Assembly (NCBI GenBank): GCA_024679065.1
Contig: JAGIQG010000004.1
Coordinates: forward strand, 96,348,001-96,412,000
Source: Sphyrna mokarran
Taxonomy: Eukaryota
DNA: 64,000 bases
Direction of reading: 5' to 3'
Shown: positions 61,308-64,000 of the stretch, in pieces
Layout of the letters: the number at the start of each line of letters is the position of its first letter
Position numbering within the stretch: the stretch's first letter is position 1
The notes under the pieces: generated by a model
Told to the model about the DNA's origin: nothing
Seen by the model: only the letters and a program-made list of their open reading frames with translations
Database searches by the model: none
Translations under genes and position numbers: made by a program

Positions 61308-62225
61308 AAGAAATTGATTAGATCAATGACAGTTTACCTGATGAAGCATAGCTTCCTGATGCAGTGCTCCTCAGTCACATTTAGAAATGTGACTCAACCA
61401 TTGTGACTCTGTGAGTAGCCAACTACATTAGTTATCAGATTTATCTGGTGGTTAAAATAGTGGTGGGGTTCTAACTGCACCCCCATTTTCATGTTTTCAT
61501 GAGACAGCCATTTTAATCTGGTATGCATATCAATCAGCCAAATTAAGTCAATTTAAAACCATTGTCAGAGTGATTGAGTGAGATTAGGGCAGAAGTCACA
61601 TGGTTTGGATTTTACGTAGCCCCAACTTCACTCACCCACTTATCTTTGAACTGGCTAAAATTGACCCTTTGCTCGGAAAGTCCAAGAAAGTTAAAGAAAA
61701 GGATCTCTCAGAGATGATGTGATACACTTGAGGGCCATTGTAGAATCATTACAGTCAATGCCCACTGTCAACAAGTGTACATGTTACTATAAATTCCAGG
61801 CTGTAACAACACTAAAGTGCCATCCACTTATTCTCATTTTTATTCTGTGTTGTTAAGCCACAAACAAATTAATGTTACTAATTTTCCAGAATATTAAACA
61901 ATTGATTGTTATTTGTTAGTGAATAATTTACCTTGGACTCCCCACTAAAGCCAACACAGGAGGCATTAGTAGAAATAGGGAATCAGATTGAAAGCACATG
62001 TAACTAGGGACAAACCTGGGAAAACCTTCAGGCAACTCTAATGAATAAGTCATCAGGTTATTTATTGCTGGAGCCATTAAGAATTCAGATAATTAAGAAT
62101 TGTCCCTTCTCTGGTTCTGAGTGTGATATCCAATCTCTGGGTGTGATTATTTCCATCATTTACAATTTGGAAACGGATTGCCGTTTGCAGTGTTCAAAAT
62201 GCTTTGCAAAACTGCATTGCTCAAG

Positions 62226-62443
62226 TACAGTAAGAAATCTCACACCACCAGGTTAAAGTCCAACAGGTTTATTTGGTAGCACAAAACTTGATATCTGTGT
62301 TGATATGCATGATCTTTTTGGAGATCCTCTCCACTTGGAGCTGGCAGTTTGCGGTGTTGATGGTAACCTGTTGGACTTTAACCTGATGCAGTGAGACTTC
62401 CTAATGAGCTTACCCAGTTCAATGCCGGCATCTCCACATCATT
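62226..62443. mobile_element. Penelope-derived inverted arms lacking the hammerhead portion
   Basis: caggttaaagtccaacaggtt (~62249) is inverse to aacctgttggactttaacctg (~62365); ends gccggcatctccacatcat. Confidence 0.7.
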
Positions 62444-63271
62444 GCTCAAGTACCATATGCAAGAATGTGTGACACTTCATTCCACCAGGAAGGGAAGATC
62501 TCAATGTACTGGGGTTCACAAATGGACAAGATACAATTCCAGAGGAGTCCGCACATAAATAGGTTAACCTATGATTGGTCACAGTGCAGGAGATCCAATG
62601 CAACATTGCTGGGCCAATTTTAGAAATGGATATGTTATATATCACAGTTAAGAATTTTCTTATGGTGGTTGGAGTCGGAGAAAACCACCCCCGGTCCCAG
62701 AAAATATTAATTTGTTATACTGTTCGTGGGGGGCGCTTAATTCACTTTTTACAGATTTATGTATTTAAATTGTTTGCAATCTGTATGCTACTTTATGTTT
62801 TTTTTTTAAATATACATATAGTCTGGTAATGAATATAATGCAATATATTAATTGCCATATTAATGTTAAGTAACTTTCTTTATAGCAACTATTTAACTAG
62901 TATTTAAACTTACACAACATGTTCCCCAATGTCTCAGTGAATTTAATCTCGGAAGTATATGAACCCTACGTACAAAGCAGATTGCTGGGTTGATAGTAGG
63001 CTAACCAATCAATAGGCAGCCAAATGACTGCCTGCCATGATAGCAGTCAATAAAACCAGTTGTCAAATCTAGCCACCATCATCAGAAGCCATGGGGTTGT
63101 GGTGATGCAGCGAGTAATGTTAATTAACAAGGTTAATGCCCTGGGGACTGGGGTTCAAATTCTCGCTATGACACCTGGTAGAATTTCAATTCCATTAATA
63201 AAATCTGAAATAGAAAGCTAGTCTCAATAATGTGACCATGAAACCGGCTAACATCAGCCATCATCAAGTAA

Positions 63272-63620
63272 AGAAAGGATGGCTAATTGCTGTTGGCTAT
63301 GAAGTCCTGTTAGTAAATAGAGACTGGCTGTGACTTGGCTGGTTTAGCTTTTCAGGTTGTAAGTGGCTTCTCAGTTCTGCCTGCCAGTCACTGAAGGCAC
63401 TAGCAAATAGCTACCATCAAACAGCCAGCCACCATCCAGGAACCAGCTGAAATTGGCCAGCCATCAACTACCAGGAGTCACCACAAATCAGCTTACCGTG
63501 ACTGGCAGGCAGAACTGAGAAGCCACTTACCATCTGAAAAGCTAAACAACCAGCCAAGTCACAGTCAGTCCCTATTTACTAGCAGCACTCCACAGCTAAC
63601 AGAAATCAGCCATCCTTTCT
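63272..63620. repeat. Long inverted repeat: ~120-bp arms, ~105-bp spacer
   Basis: 63272-63391 versus 63498-63620; core gtaagtggcttctcagttctgcctgccagtcac is perfectly inverse to gtgactggcaggcagaactgagaagccacttac. Confidence 0.9.
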
Positions 63621-64000
63621 AAATCAACAAAATCCAGTTAGCTGGCAGTGATCTCCAACCAAACACTGGGGGAATTTTCCCAGATAAAGATGGGGGCATG
63701 AATGCCTGCCCTAAAAGTGATATTGGGCTAAGATCCTGATTCATCCCACCCTCACCGAGGTTGATTGTGAGGTGAGGGGGATACCTTGCCCAGCTGTCAG
63801 GTGACTTTTTTTGATCAAAAGCAATTCCTTTTTCCGTAACCAAAGCCACCCTGGTTCTTTGGCTAAAATGAAACATTAGATCCAACCCAGGAGACGGTGT
63901 AATGCCTCATCCTGCCAGCTTGAATCTTGTTTGATCAAGCCCAAGATGGGATGTATGTCCTTGTCTTGTCAGCTTGGATATGATTTGCTCCTCATGTAGG

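Noticed and set aside
61330-61365. CTGATGA at ~61337 as a hammerhead
   Set aside because: No downstream GAAA or stem II in the right geometry.

Overview
Eukaryotic (vertebrate) genomic DNA. The repeat content (HE1-like V-SINEs, Deu-domain SINEs, CR1 LINEs, Penelope-type terminal repeats) points to a shark or other elasmobranch. Only one convincing protein-coding gene is present: a two-exon class IV POU (Brn3) gene on the minus strand (CDS 5172-5291 + 3497-4417, 346 aa). Its diagnostic residues best fit the fourth paralogue pou4f4 (Brn3d-like). It lies in a CpG-rich, almost repeat-free domain (about 1-7000). The remaining ~57 kb upstream is a gene-desert-like tract of decayed elements: CR1-group LINEs, SINEs, two hAT transposase fossils, a two-gene Harbinger fossil with related MITEs, Gypsy fragments and Penelope-derived repeats. 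Repeat-free islands with motif clusters are candidate enhancers. The most notable observations are: (1) short Penelope-derived elements, several of them fold-backs, carrying minimal hammerhead ribozyme cores, three intact with covarying stem II; (2) a CR1 LINE family with a V-SINE body built into its 3' UTR (two copies); (3) an in-frame intronic ATG suggesting a short Brn3 isoform; (4) E-box and Brn3-motif clusters; (5) an orphan exon-like segment ending in SKL. Family names come from recalled motifs, not database searches, and repeat boundaries are approximate.
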